Part shown: positions 1-9,882 of the stretch, one piece after another
Numbering within the stretch: the first letter of the stretch is position 1
Layout of the letters: every line of letters starts with the position of its first letter
Assembly (NCBI GenBank): GCA_964643765.1
Contig: CAZXTM010000002.1
Coordinates: forward strand, 209,237 to 273,236
Length of the DNA stretch: 64,000 nucleotides
Source: an uncultured Bifidobacteriaceae bacterium
GTDB taxonomy: Bacteria > Acidobacteriota > Vicinamibacteria > Vicinamibacterales > UBA2999
Direction: 5' to 3'
Translations under genes and position numbers: made by a program
The notes under the pieces: generated by a model
Database searches by the model: none
Told to the model about the DNA's origin: nothing
The model's input: only the letters and a program-made list of their open reading frames with translations

Positions 1-324
1 CGGCGCCGGCACGCAGCAGTCGGCGATCGGCGGCTTCACCGCCGCGCCGATTTCCTGCGGCGTCAGGCTCGACGGCATGTGGATGATCCACAGGTGATCA
101 TCCTCGTCGGCAAACAGCCCGCGGATGTCCCCGAGGATCCAGTCGTTCGGCAGGGTGGGCGGCCAGGTCGGATCGACAGCGTAGATCGGCAGCCGATCGG
201 CCGTGGGCGACCCGGGCGCCGGCCTGGCCAGCGCCCCCTGCGCCCTGAGCACGGGAGATGACCAGTCCGTCAGCGAGCCGGCCGCGGCGGCGGCCAGCGT
301 CGTCAGCATCGTGCGGCGGTTCAT
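1..324 (-). CDS. Exported protein with a twin-arginine leader. Only the N-terminal 108 codons are present; the gene continues past the window start. A beta-propeller/NHL-like family is suspected.
   Basis: Missing from the ORF track because it is open at base 1. Reverse-strand reading from ATG 324 (GGGAG 6 nt upstream) gives MNRRTMLTTLAAAAAGSLTDWSSPVLRAQG...RLPIYAVDPTWPPTLPNDWILGDIRGLFADEDDHLWIIHMP...CCVPAP with no stop down to base 1. The family call is from recollection only. Confidence 0.5.
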   Translation of the reverse strand, partial: MNRRTMLTTLAAAAAGSLTDWSSPVLRAQGALARPAPGSPTADRLPIYAVDPTWPPTLPNDWILGDIRGLFADEDDHLWIIHMPSSLTPQEIGAAVKPPIADCCVPAP

Positions 325-349
325 GGCCATCTCCCTGCCCCGTGCGCGC

Positions 350-1522
350 CTACAGCGCGCTGCTCTGGCCCAGCACCTTGCGGAACACCACCATGGCCCG
401 CTGCATGTCGTCCATGGTGCCCAGCGAGATACGCGTGTGCGTCTTCTCCATCGGCGGGAAGTCGCGGCCGACGATGACGCCCTGCGCCCGGCAGGCATCG
501 CGGAAGCCCACAGCCGGCTGCCGCAGGTTCACGAAGACAAAGTTGGTCTGCGACTCGGGGGCCTCGTAGCCCATCGACCGGAACTGCGCCAGCGTCCACT
601 CGCGGATGCGGCGGTTCTCCTGCCGCTCGCCGTCCATGTGCGCCGTGTCCTTCAACGCCGCCAGACCGGCCACCGCCTGCAGGTCGCCCAGGCTACCCAT
701 GCCCCACGCCCGGCCCACCTTGCCCATGGTCTCGGCCTGGCCGATCGCATAGCCAATCCGCACCCCCGCCATGCCGTAGGCCTTCGAGAAGGTGCGCGCC
801 ATGAACACGCCTGGCAGCTCGAGCGCCAGCTTCGACGTGCTGCCCACGCCCGCCATCGTCGCGTAGTCGATGTACGCCTCGTCGATGAGGATGCCCGTGT
901 CAGGCGACTTTTCCTTGATCGCGCGCACCGCCTTCTCGATGTCCGCCAGCGTGTGCATCGTCGAGGTCGGGTTGTTCGGGTTGCAGAAGAACACGAGGCC
1001 GGCGCCCTGCGAGGCTGCCACCATCGCGTCGAGATCGAGGCGCAGGCCGCTGTCGACCGGAATCGCCTTGACCGGATACTTCATCCGCTGCGCCGTCTGA
1101 ATCGGGGTCCCGTACGACGGGTCAGGCGTCACCAGCGCACGCGTCGGCGAGCAGTAGGCCATCACCGCCCCGGTCAGGATCGCGTCCGAGCCGGTCGCGA
1201 CGACGACGTTGTTGGCCGTGGTGCCGTACATCGTGGCGATGTATTCCTGGAATGCCCGGGTGTTCGGCGGGGGATAACCCAGACCGAGCGCCTTCGACGG
1301 ATGCTGCCGCAGCACCTCGAGCACCTTGGGGCTCGGTCCGCGCAGGTTCTCGTTGCTGCTGATGCGGATGGCGTCAGGGGCCACCGCGGGGCGCATGCCC
1401 TGACCCTGCGCCTCGACGGCCAGCCAGTCTTCGCGGCCGTACCCGATAACCCCGCTGGCCGACGCCAGCGCCGCACTGCCCGCGCTCAACCTGCGCACAA
1501 ATTCACGTCGTGATACCGCCAT
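350..1522 (-). CDS. PLP-dependent class I/II aminotransferase (HisC-like) with a twin-arginine signal peptide
   Basis: The ORF at 350..1609 is trimmed to ATG 1522, which has AGGAGG 7 nt upstream. The N-terminus MAVSRREFVRRLSAGSAALASA is Tat-like. The PLP-lysine motif is RTFSKAYGMAGVRIGYAIG, and the fold resembles histidinol-phosphate aminotransferase throughout. Confidence 0.8.
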   Translation of the reverse strand: MAVSRREFVRRLSAGSAALASASGVIGYGREDWLAVEAQGQGMRPAVAPDAIRISSNENLRGPSPKVLEVLRQHPSKALGLGYPPPNTRAFQEYIATMYGTTANNVVVATGSDAILTGAVMAYCSPTRALVTPDPSYGTPIQTAQRMKYPVKAIPVDSGLRLDLDAMVAASQGAGLVFFCNPNNPTSTMHTLADIEKAVRAIKEKSPDTGILIDEAYIDYATMAGVGSTSKLALELPGVFMARTFSKAYGMAGVRIGYAIGQAETMGKVGRAWGMGSLGDLQAVAGLAALKDTAHMDGERQENRRIREWTLAQFRSMGYEAPESQTNFVFVNLRQPAVGFRDACRAQGVIVGRDFPPMEKTHTRISLGTMDDMQRAMVVFRKVLGQSSAL

Positions 1523-1711
1523 GGTGATGGCCTCCTGAGGCCGCCATCGTAGCACCGCCTCGCAGACCGTCCAACGCATCTTCAGGCAGCGTCCCTTCGG
1601 CCTGTCCATGCATTCCGATTATAGGTATCAGCACGCGCGGGGAGACCGCTCATGCAAAGCACAAACATTCTGTATTGGACATGGATGTATCCGTTTCTAT
1701 TCAATGCGCAC

Positions 1712-3019
1712 ATGCAAGACGCCGTGGCCCCCGCCCACCCCGCCGACCTCGCCTGGATGCTCGTGGCCTGCGCCCTCGTGCTGCTGATGACCCCGGCCCT
1801 GGCCTGCTTCTATGCCGGCATGGTCCGGTCGAAGAACGCCCTCAACACCATGATGATGAGCGTCGTCGCCCTCGGGCCGGTTGCCCTCGTCTGGGCGCTC
1901 GGCGGCTACTCGCTCGCTTTCGCCCCGGGCAATGCGTTCATCGGATCGTTCGATTTCGTGGCCCTGCGCGGAGTCGACCTGGCACCGCATAACGGCATGC
2001 CCCACCTGCTCTTCATGACCTTCCAGGGCACCTTCGCCGTGATTACCACGGCGCTCATCTCGGGCGCGCTCGTCGAACGCCTCAGGTTTCCGGTCTATCT
2101 CGCCTTCATCGCGCTCTGGCTGATCGCCGTCTACGCGCCGGTTGCCCACTGGATCTGGGGCGGCGGCTTCCTGGCCGGCGACGGCGCCCTCGACTTCGCG
2201 GGAGGCACGGTCATCCACGTCAATGCCGCCGCGGCCGCGCTCGTCGCGGCACTGGTCGTCGGCCCCCGCCGTGATTATGGTCGGCAGGCCATGCTTCCTC
2301 ACAGCGTACCGCTGACCCTCGTGGGCACCGGGTTGCTCTGGTTCGGCTGGTTCGGCTTCAATGGCGGCAGCGCACTCGGCGCCAGCACGTCGGCTGCCCT
2401 GGCCTTCGTCAACACCTTCCTGGCGCCGGCCGCCGCCCTCACCACCTGGATCGTCATCGATCTGGCGCGCAGCGGCCGTGCGACCGCCATCGGCGCCGCC
2501 ACCGCCATCGTGGTCGGCCTCGTCGTCATCACCCCGGCCGCCGGCTACGTCGGCCCGCTGGCCGCCATCGCCATGGGCGGGCTGGGCGTCATTCCCAGCT
2601 ACGTCGCACTGATCCTGCGCGCCCGCACACGCCTCGATGATTCCCTCGACGTCGTCGCCGCCCACGGCCTCGGCGGTGCCACCGGGGCGCTGCTCACCGG
2701 CCTCTTCGCCGACCCGGCCTGGAGCGGGGGACCCGCAGGCCTGCTCGCCGGCCATCCCGATCAGCTGCGCATCCAGCTCGTGGGCCTCGTGGTCGTCATC
2801 GCGTATAGCGGTGCCGCCACGTTCGTCATCCTGCGCGCCATGGCGCTCGTCGTGCCGCTGCGCGACGATGCGCGGACGGAAGGGGTGGGGATGGATGTCA
2901 CCCAGCACGGCGAAGAGGCCTACACGACCGGCGACGGCGCCATCCTGATCACCCCCGGCGACCGCCTGCCCCGATCCACCGCCGCGGCGAGCCCCGCACT
3001 TTCGGGAGGTGCCTCGTGA
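1712..3019 (+). CDS. amtB: Ammonium transporter (Amt family)
   Basis: DLAWMLVACALVLLMTPALACFYAGMVRSKN and FAGGTVIHVNAAAAAL are typical Amt motifs. The first 20 codons of the track ORF (1652..) lie in AT-rich sequence that looks non-coding, so ATG 1712 is preferred. The start is uncertain. Confidence 0.85.
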   Translation: MQDAVAPAHPADLAWMLVACALVLLMTPALACFYAGMVRSKNALNTMMMSVVALGPVALVWALGGYSLAFAPGNAFIGSFDFVALRGVDLAPHNGMPHLLFMTFQGTFAVITTALISGALVERLRFPVYLAFIALWLIAVYAPVAHWIWGGGFLAGDGALDFAGGTVIHVNAAAAALVAALVVGPRRDYGRQAMLPHSVPLTLVGTGLLWFGWFGFNGGSALGASTSAALAFVNTFLAPAAALTTWIVIDLARSGRATAIGAATAIVVGLVVITPAAGYVGPLAAIAMGGLGVIPSYVALILRARTRLDDSLDVVAAHGLGGATGALLTGLFADPAWSGGPAGLLAGHPDQLRIQLVGLVVVIAYSGAATFVILRAMALVVPLRDDARTEGVGMDVTQHGEEAYTTGDGAILITPGDRLPRSTAAASPALSGGAS

Positions 3020-3387
3020 AGCTCATCGTCGCCGTCATCCGGCCGGAACAGCTGAGCAGCGTGCTCGAGTCGCTCTTTCACGCCGAGGTGCGCGGCCTCA
3101 CCATCAGCCGCGTGCAGGGCCATGGCGGTGAAATCGAGCAGGTGGAAACCTATCGCGGCACCACCGTGATGATGGCGCTGGCCGAAAAGGTGCGCCTCGA
3201 AATCGCCGTGTCCGAGCCCTTCGTGCAGCCCACCGTGCAGGCCATCCTTTCTGCGGCCCGCACGGGCGAGGTCGGCGACGGCAAGGTGCTCGTACTGCCC
3301 ATTGATCGGATCTACCGCATCCGCACCGGTGAGTGCGATCAGGACGCCGTCACGCCGGTCAGTGTGCCGGCCCCGGCCCGACACTGA
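3016..3387 (+). CDS. glnK: P-II nitrogen regulatory protein (GlnK/GlnB family), divergent T-loop
   Basis: Aligns without gaps to E. coli GlnB over residues 1-65. The GDGK and IRIRTGE motifs are present. The GTG start overlaps the amtB stop (GTGA), the classic amtB-glnK linkage. Confidence 0.9.
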   Translation: MKLIVAVIRPEQLSSVLESLFHAEVRGLTISRVQGHGGEIEQVETYRGTTVMMALAEKVRLEIAVSEPFVQPTVQAILSAARTGEVGDGKVLVLPIDRIYRIRTGECDQDAVTPVSVPAPARH

Positions 3388-3401
3388 GCACCGGAGGTCT
3401 C

Positions 3402-6400
3402 ATGCACACCACTCCCCGTCCTCCACACGCCCAGGGCCTCTACGATCCGCGCGCCGAGCACGATGCCTGCGGCGTGGGCTTTGTCGCTCACCTCGCCGGC
3501 ACGCGCAGCCACGCGCTGGTGCAGCAGGCCCTCACCCTGCTCATCAATCTCGAGCATCGCGGCGCAGCAGGGGCCGATCCGCACACGGGCGACGGCGCCG
3601 GCATCCTCATCCAGATGCCCGACGCTTTCCTCCGGGCCAGCGTCAGCTTCACGCTGCCGCCCGCAGGCACCTATGGCGCCGGCCTCGTCTTCCTGCCTGT
3701 CGATCCCGAGACCCGCTCTACGGTCGTGGGTCTCATCGAGCGAACCATCGCCGACACCGGCCTCGTGTGCCTCGGCTGGCGCGCAGTGCCCGCGCACGTC
3801 GATGCCATCGGGGTCACGGCGGCGGCGGCCGCCCCTGAGTTCCGTCAGCTCTTTGTCACGCACACCGATCCGGCCATCGCCGCCGATCCGGCTGCGTTCG
3901 AGCGCGCCCTGTTCATCCTGCGCAAGCGCATCGAGCTCCGCCTCGACGCCCTCGCGCTCGATCCCGCCGTGCGCCGCGACATCTTCATCGTCAGCCTGTC
4001 GGCACGCACGCTCATCTACAAGGGGATGCTGACCGCCTCGCAGCTCGGCCCGATGTTCCCCGACCTGCAGGACCCGAGGCTCGAATCGGGCCTCGCACTG
4101 GTGCATCAGCGGTTCTCGACCAACACCTTCCCGTCGTGGCCGCTGGCCCATCCCTATCGCTATGTGGCTCACAACGGCGAAATCAACACCGTGCAGGGCA
4201 ACATCGCGTGGATGCATGCGCGCGAGGGCCTGCTGGCCTCGCCGCTGCTCGGCGATGCGCTTGCCGATATCAAGCCCATCATTCGCGCCGGCGGCAGTGA
4301 TACAGCCACCTTCGACAATGTGGTCGAGCTGCTCGTCATGGCCGGCCGCTCGCTGCCGCACGCCGTGCTGATGATGATGCCCGAGCCATGGGAAGGGCAG
4401 CCCGAGATGGACCCGGCCGTGCGGGCGTTCTACCAGTACCACGCATCACTGATGGAACCGTGGGACGGGCCCGCTGCCCTGGCCTTCACCGACGGCACGG
4501 TGATCGGCGCTGTGCTCGATCGCAACGGCCTGCGGCCGGGCCGCTACTGCGTCACCACCGACCAGCTGGTCATCATGGCCTCCGAGTCGGGTGTGCTGCC
4601 CGTGGCCGAAGAGCAGATCGTGCTGCGCGAGCGCCTGCGTCCCGGACGCATGCTGCTCGTTGATACCGCGCAGGGCCGGCTGGTGCCCGACACAGAGCTC
4701 AAGCAGTCGCTGGCGGCCGCGCATCCCTACGCCGAGTGGATTCACCGACGCCAGGTCGACATCGACAGCCTGCCGCCGGCCCGCGCCGAGCGGCCTGACC
4801 ACGCCACCGTGCTCAGGCGGCAGCATGCCTTCGGCTATTCACAGGAAGACCTGCGGCTGCTGCTGACCCCGATGGCGCTGACGGGTGAGGAACCCGTGGG
4901 TTCGATGGGGTCGGACACACCGCTCGCCGTCCTGTCGACGCGCCCGCGGCTGCTCTTCGACTATTTCGTGCAGCGGTTCGCACAGGTCACCAATCCCCCG
5001 CTCGACGCGATCCGCGAAGCCCTGGTCACCTCGATGGCCTCGACGATCGGTCCCGAGGCCAACCTGCTCGACACCGACCCTGATGCGTGCCGGCAGATCC
5101 GCATCCCCACACCCGTCATCCACAACGATCACGTGGCCCGCCTGCGGCATCTGCCGCACACCTCGGCATTCCGCTCGACGACGCTGCCGACGCTGTACGA
5201 TGCGAAGGGTGGAGGGCGCGGGCTCGCCGCGGCGATGGATACGCTCTGTGCCGCCGCCAGCCGGGCCGTCAGAGATGGCTACGGCGTCATCGTCCTCTCG
5301 GATCGAGGCGTCGATGCGCGGCATGCGCCCATTCCCAGCATGCTGGCCGTGGCGGGTGTCCACCACCACCTGGTGCGCGAGGGCACGCGCACGCAGTGCG
5401 GCCTCGTCATCGAGACCGGCGAGGCGCGCGAGGTGCACCACATTGCCCTGCTGATGGGCTACGGCGCCGGCGCCGTGAATCCCTACCTCGCCTTCGAGTC
5501 GCTGCACGACCTCCGCCGGCAGGGCCTGCTGCCGGGGCTCTCCGACGAGGAGGCCATGGCGCGCTACATCAAGGCCCTGAACAAGGGCGTGCTGAAGGTG
5601 ATGTCGAAGATGGGCATCTCGACGCTGCAGAGCTACTGCGGCGCCCAGATCTTCGAGGCCATCGGCCTCGACCAGTCACTGGTCGACACCTATTTCACCG
5701 GCACCACCTCGCACCTTGGCGGTGCAGACCTCGACGTCGTGGCCGAGGAAGTCCGTCGGCGCCATGCGCGAGCATTCGGGCCGGCGCACGACGCACACAC
5801 CGAACTCGACAGCGGAGGCGAGTATCAGTGGCGGCGCGACGGCGAACCGCACCTGTTCAACCCCGAGACGGTCTTCCGGCTGCAGCACGCCACGCGCACG
5901 GGCCAGTACGACATCTTCCGTGACTACACGCGCCGCATCGACAGCCAGGAGCGCTCGCGCAGCACGCTGCGCAGCCTGCTGGCGCCAGTGCCGGCCGGTC
6001 CTCCCGTGCCCCTCGACGAAGTCGAGCCGGTCGACGCGCTGCTGCACCGGTTCTCGACAGGCGCGATGTCGTTCGGGTCGATCAGCCAGGAAGCGCACGA
6101 GACGCTCGCCATCGCCATGAACCGCATGGGCGCGCGATCGAATTCGGGTGAGGGCGGCGAGGATGCCGCGCGCAACCGGCCGGATGCCCGCGGTGATTCG
6201 CGCCGAAGCCGCATCCGGCAGGTGGCGTCCGGACGCTTCGGGGTGACCAGCGACTATCTCGTGCATGCCGACGACATCCAGATCAAGATGGCGCAGGGGG
6301 CCAAGCCTGGCGAGGGTGGACAGCTGCCCGGCCACAAGGTCTATCCCTGGGTCGCGCGCGTCCGTCACTCGACACCGGGCGTTGGCCTCATCTCGCCGCC

Positions 6401-7937
6401 CCCGCATCACGACATTTACTCGATTGAAGACCTCGCGCAGCTGATTGCCGATCTCCAGCAGGCCAACCCGCGCGCCCGCATCCACGTCAAGCTCGTGGCA
6501 CAGTCTGGCATCGGCACGGTCGCAGCCGGTGTGGCCAAGGCGCACGCTGACGTCATCCTGATCTCGGGCCATGACGGCGGCACGGGCGCCGCGCCGCTCA
6601 CCAGCCTCAAGCATGCCGGTGTGCCGTGGGAGCTGGGCCTCGCCGAGGCCCAGCAGGTGCTGATGCTCAACGGCCTGCGCGACCGCGTGACGCTGCAGGT
6701 CGACGGACAGCTCAAGACGGGCCGCGACGTGCTGATTGCCGCGCTGCTCGGGGCCGAAGAGTTTGGCTTCGCCACCGCGCCGCTCGTCGTCATGGGCTGC
6801 GTGATGATGCGTGTCTGCCATCTCAACACCTGCCCCGTCGGCATCGCCACGCAGGATCCCGAACTGCGCCGCAAGTTCACCGGCACGCCAGAGCTGGTTC
6901 AGACGTTCTTCCGGTTCATCGCCGAGGAAGTCCGCGAGGGCATGGCAGCGCTCGGGTTCCGATCGCTCGACGAGATGATCGGCCGCACCGACTGCCTGCG
7001 GCATGTGCCGGACGAATCGCACTGGAAGGCGGCGCATCTCGATCTCTCGCCGCTGCTGCATCGCGTCGAGGGTCCGCGGCACGCGCGCGTCGGGACCACG
7101 GCCGCGCGTCCACCGCACGCCATGGGCGCCCTCGACGCCCGCCTCGTCGCAGGCGCGGGCCCTGCGCTCGAGCACGGCACGGCGGTCGTGCTGCGCGACG
7201 CCATTCGCAACACCGACCGCACCACCGGCACGCGTCTTGGCTATGAGGTCACCCGACGCCATGGCGCACAGGGCCTGCCTGACGGCACCATCGATATCCG
7301 GCTGTCAGGCACCGCGGGTCAGAGCTTCGGGGCGTTCCTGCCGCGCGGCATCACCCTCGCCCTCGAAGGCGATGCCAATGACTTTGTCGGCAAGGGACTG
7401 TCGGGCGGGCAGATCATCGTGGCGCCGTCGCCCCGGGCCACGACGCCGGCGGAAGACAACGTCATCATCGGCAACGTTGCGCTCTACGGCGCCACCAGCG
7501 GCCGGGCCTTTATCCGCGGTCTCGCCGGCGAACGCTTTGCCGTGCGCAACAGCGGCGCTCACGCGGTCGTCGAAGGCGTCGGCGATCACGGCTGCGAGTA
7601 CATGACGGGCGGTGCAGTGGTGGTGCTCGGTCCCACCGGTCGCAACTTTGCCGCAGGCATGAGCGGCGGCGTCGCCTTTGTCTACGATCCCGCACGCACC
7701 CTCACGGCGCGATGCAATCACGAATTGGTCGAGCTCGAGCCGGTGTCGTCTCCAGACGATCTCGACACGCTCACGCAGCTGGTCACCGCCCATCACACCC
7801 TGACGGGCAGTGCCCTCGCCGGTCGGCTGCTGCACGACTGGCCAGTGACTCTCTCGCACTTCGTGCTGGTCATCCCCCGCGAGTTCAAGGCACGCCGCTC
7901 CGTGGCAGCGGCCGATGACGCGCGCCTCAGCGCCTGA
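3402..7937 (+). CDS. gltB: Glutamate synthase (GOGAT) large subunit
   Basis: The amidotransferase N-terminus is ...[13 protein letters not shown] and Fe-S regions and the C-terminal GXGXG domain are recognisable. ATG 3402 follows GGAGG at 3393-3397. The track ORF 3333.. is an N-terminal over-extension that overlaps glnK. Confidence 0.95.
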   Translation: MHTTPRPPHAQGLYDPRAEHDACGVGFVAHLAGTRSHALVQQALTLLINLEHRGAAGADPHTGDGAGILIQMPDAFLRASVSFTLPPAGTYGAGLVFLPVDPETRSTVVGLIERTIADTGLVCLGWRAVPAHVDAIGVTAAAAAPEFRQLFVTHTDPAIAADPAAFERALFILRKRIELRLDALALDPAVRRDIFIVSLSARTLIYKGMLTASQLGPMFPDLQDPRLESGLALVHQRFSTNTFPSWPLAHPYRYVAHNGEINTVQGNIAWMHAREGLLASPLLGDALADIKPIIRAGGSDTATFDNVVELLVMAGRSLPHAVLMMMPEPWEGQPEMDPAVRAFYQYHASLMEPWDGPAALAFTDGTVIGAVLDRNGLRPGRYCVTTDQLVIMASESGVLPVAEEQIVLRERLRPGRMLLVDTAQGRLVPDTELKQSLAAAHPYAEWIHRRQVDIDSLPPARAERPDHATVLRRQHAFGYSQEDLRLLLTPMALTGEEPVGSMGSDTPLAVLSTRPRLLFDYFVQRFAQVTNPPLDAIREALVTSMASTIGPEANLLDTDPDACRQIRIPTPVIHNDHVARLRHLPHTSAFRSTTLPTLYDAKGGGRGLAAAMDTLCAAASRAVRDGYGVIVLSDRGVDARHAPIPSMLAVAGVHHHLVREGTRTQCGLVIETGEAREVHHIALLMGYGAGAVNPYLAFESLHDLRRQGLLPGLSDEEAMARYIKALNKGVLKVMSKMGISTLQSYCGAQIFEAIGLDQSLVDTYFTGTTSHLGGADLDVVAEEVRRRHARAFGPAHDAHTELDSGGEYQWRRDGEPHLFNPETVFRLQHATRTGQYDIFRDYTRRIDSQERSRSTLRSLLAPVPAGPPVPLDEVEPVDALLHRFSTGAMSFGSISQEAHETLAIAMNRMGARSNSGEGGEDAARNRPDARGDSRRSRIRQVASGRFGVTSDYLVHADDIQIKMAQGAKPGEGGQLPGHKVYPWVARVRHSTPGVGLISPPPHHDIYSIEDLAQLIADLQQANPRARIHVKLVAQSGIGTVAAGVAKAHADVILISGHDGGTGAAPLTSLKHAGVPWELGLAEAQQVLMLNGLRDRVTLQVDGQLKTGRDVLIAALLGAEEFGFATAPLVVMGCVMMRVCHLNTCPVGIATQDPELRRKFTGTPELVQTFFRFIAEEVREGMAALGFRSLDEMIGRTDCLRHVPDESHWKAAHLDLSPLLHRVEGPRHARVGTTAARPPHAMGALDARLVAGAGPALEHGTAVVLRDAIRNTDRTTGTRLGYEVTRRHGAQGLPDGTIDIRLSGTAGQSFGAFLPRGITLALEGDANDFVGKGLSGGQIIVAPSPRATTPAEDNVIIGNVALYGATSGRAFIRGLAGERFAVRNSGAHAVVEGVGDHGCEYMTGGAVVVLGPTGRNFAAGMSGGVAFVYDPARTLTARCNHELVELEPVSSPDDLDTLTQLVTAHHTLTGSALAGRLLHDWPVTLSHFVLVIPREFKARRSVAAADDARLSA

Positions 7938-7950
7938 ACTGGAGCAGCTC

Positions 7951-9378
7951 ATGGGAAAACCGACCGGCTTCATCGAATTCATCCGCGTCTCGCAACCTAC
8001 GCGCCCGGTCGCCGAACGTGTGGGCGACTACCGTCACGTGTACGCGCCGCATACACCGGCCGAGCTCACGCGCCAGGCCGCGCGCTGCATGGACTGCGGC
8101 ATTCCGTTCTGTCACCAGGGCTGCCCGCTCGGCAATCTCATTCCCGACTGGAACGATCTCGTCTATCGCGATCAGTGGCGGGCCGCGCTCGACCGCCTGC
8201 ATGCCACCAACAACTTTCCCGAGTTCACCGGGATGCTGTGCCCCGCTCCCTGCGAGGGTGCCTGCGTGCTCGGGCTCAACGCCGACCCGGTCTCAATCAA
8301 ATCGGTCGAACTCGCCATCGTCGATCGGGGATTTGCCGAAGGGTGGATCGTCCCCGAGCCGCCGGTGCGGCGCACATGGAAGCGCGTCGCCATCGTCGGA
8401 TCAGGGCCTGCGGGCCTGGCCGCGGCCGCGCAGCTGAATCGTGCCGGTCACACCGTGACCGTCTTCGAGAAGGCCGATCGCATCGGCGGGCTGCTGCGGT
8501 ACGGCATTCCCGAGTTCAAGCTCGAGAAGCGCCTGCTCGATCGGAGGCTCGCGCTGCTCGAGGAGGAAGGCGTGGTCTTCCGTGCAGGCGTGAATGTCGG
8601 CGTCGACCTGCCGGTCACCGACCTGCAGCATCACTACGATGCCGTGCTGCTGGCCGGCGGTGCCGAGCAGCCCCGCGATCTTCCGCTGCCAGGGCGCCAC
8701 GCCACCGGCATCGTGCAGGCCATGACCTACCTTACGGCACAGAACGAGCGCTGCGAGTCGCCAGACCTTGCCGCCGATCCATCGCTGTCAGCGGCGGGTC
8801 GTCATGTCGTCATCATCGGCGGAGGCGACACCGGAGCCGACTGCGTTGGCACGGCGCACCGGCAGGGCGCCGCGTCGGTGACGCAGCTCGAGCGCATGCC
8901 GATGCCACCGGCCAGCCGCGCTGCCGACAATCCCTGGCCGCTCTGGCCTCATGTGTTCCGCACGTCGACGGCACACGAGGAGGGTGGCACGCGCACCTAC
9001 GCCATCGACACGACTGCGTTCCTCACCGATGACGCAGGACACGTGCGGGCCCTTCGAGCCCAGCAGCTCGAAGCCGTCCCGGGTGGCCGACCGGGCGCCT
9101 TCGCCGCGCGTCCGGATAGCGCGCACGACATTCCCGCCGACCTCGTGATCCTGGCGCTCGGCTTCAGCGGGCCTGCCGCCTCGCCACTGCTCGACGCGCT
9201 CGGCGTGGTTCGCTCTGCGGCAGGTACGATCGTCCGGGACGAGGAGTGGCGCACCTCGGTGCCCGGCATCTATGTCGCCGGCGACATGCAGCGCGGCGCC
9301 TCGCTCATCGTCTGGGCGATTGACGATGGACGAAGGGCGGCGGCAGCGATCGATCGTGACCTGATGCGGCGGACGTAA
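7951..9378 (+). CDS. gltD: Glutamate synthase small subunit (NADPH-dependent)
   Basis: The N-terminus is MGKPTGFIEF. The Cys clusters are CMDCGIPFC and [23 protein letters not shown] is a dinucleotide-binding fold. ATG 7951 is preceded by GGAG. Confidence 0.95.
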   Translation: MGKPTGFIEFIRVSQPTRPVAERVGDYRHVYAPHTPAELTRQAARCMDCGIPFCHQGCPLGNLIPDWNDLVYRDQWRAALDRLHATNNFPEFTGMLCPAPCEGACVLGLNADPVSIKSVELAIVDRGFAEGWIVPEPPVRRTWKRVAIVGSGPAGLAAAAQLNRAGHTVTVFEKADRIGGLLRYGIPEFKLEKRLLDRRLALLEEEGVVFRAGVNVGVDLPVTDLQHHYDAVLLAGGAEQPRDLPLPGRHATGIVQAMTYLTAQNERCESPDLAADPSLSAAGRHVVIIGGGDTGADCVGTAHRQGAASVTQLERMPMPPASRAADNPWPLWPHVFRTSTAHEEGGTRTYAIDTTAFLTDDAGHVRALRAQQLEAVPGGRPGAFAARPDSAHDIPADLVILALGFSGPAASPLLDALGVVRSAAGTIVRDEEWRTSVPGIYVAGDMQRGASLIVWAIDDGRRAAAAIDRDLMRRT

Positions 9379-9847
9379 GTGAGTCCTCGCTGACTGTTGG
9401 CAGGGTTGACATGCGTCCCGAGCAAACCCCGGCTAAGCGAAGCCCCAGGCATGTGCGGCGGCCCGCGTTGCGCGTCGACTTCGACGGAGTGCGTTTCCGG
9501 CTGTGAGCTCGCCCCCGGGCAGACTGGGGAAGGGAGACTGCGCCTGGCCCGGCGGGTGTGTGCGCTCGATTCGGTGCGCAAGACGCCCAATCAGCGTCGA
9601 CTCATGGTGCCGCCGATGGAAATCGTTCCGGCGGGCATTCCGGCTCGAGGGGCTCCGGGTATCTCAGACCAGTTCGTGCGTGAGTGTTGCGGCAGCGCGC
9701 ACGTCAAACTGGAGGTGATGATGTCAAAGTGACAGTCATCACGGCCGCTGAGAGCTCGGCGTCGACACGCCTGCGCCAGGTGGCGGCTACCGCACCGAGC
9801 CCAATTTCGGCCTTGATAAGCAGCTCCGGCCCAATTGATGAGCCTGC

Positions 9848-9876
9848 TTGCGGCGTGTCGCGCCACACGCTACAAT
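9848..9876 (+). promoter_or_regulatory. Candidate sigma-70 type promoter of higBA: TTGCGG-N17-TACAAT
   Basis: TACAAT at 9871-9876 lies 6 nt upstream of the higB GTG. A weak -35 (TTGCGG) sits at 9848-9853. This implies a leaderless or near-leaderless mRNA. Confidence 0.4.
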
Positions 9877-9882
9877 GACAGG

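Noticed and set aside
203-1513. A 436-aa plus-strand ORF opposite the aminotransferase. There are many similar long antisense ORFs, for example 1697..2908(-), 12880..13917(-), 13584..14777(-), 22908..24647(+), 33764..35755(-), 39561..40601(-), 41945..43150(-), 44423..46081(-), 47288..48844(-), 54524..55741(-) and 58598..59917(+).
   Set aside because: These are typical high-GC shadow ORFs. They are Arg/Ala/Gly/Pro/His-rich and low in complexity, carry no recognisable motifs, and each lies exactly opposite a gene with unmistakable homology.
1523-1711. I looked for a sigma-54 -24/-12 promoter upstream of amtB.
   Set aside because: No GG-N10-GC with the flanking TGGCA/TTGC context was found. Only AT-rich TGCA-containing repeats of unknown meaning are present.
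9400-9700. Possible structured RNA in the gltD-higB spacer. GACTTCGACGGAG resembles the tmRNA 5' region, and AACCCCGGCTAAG resembles the RNase P RNA 3' end.
   Set aside because: No matching acceptor/T-arm with CCA for tmRNA, and none of the other conserved RNase P or SRP RNA blocks. The resemblances are short and isolated. The region is kept only as an unexplained spacer in the findings.
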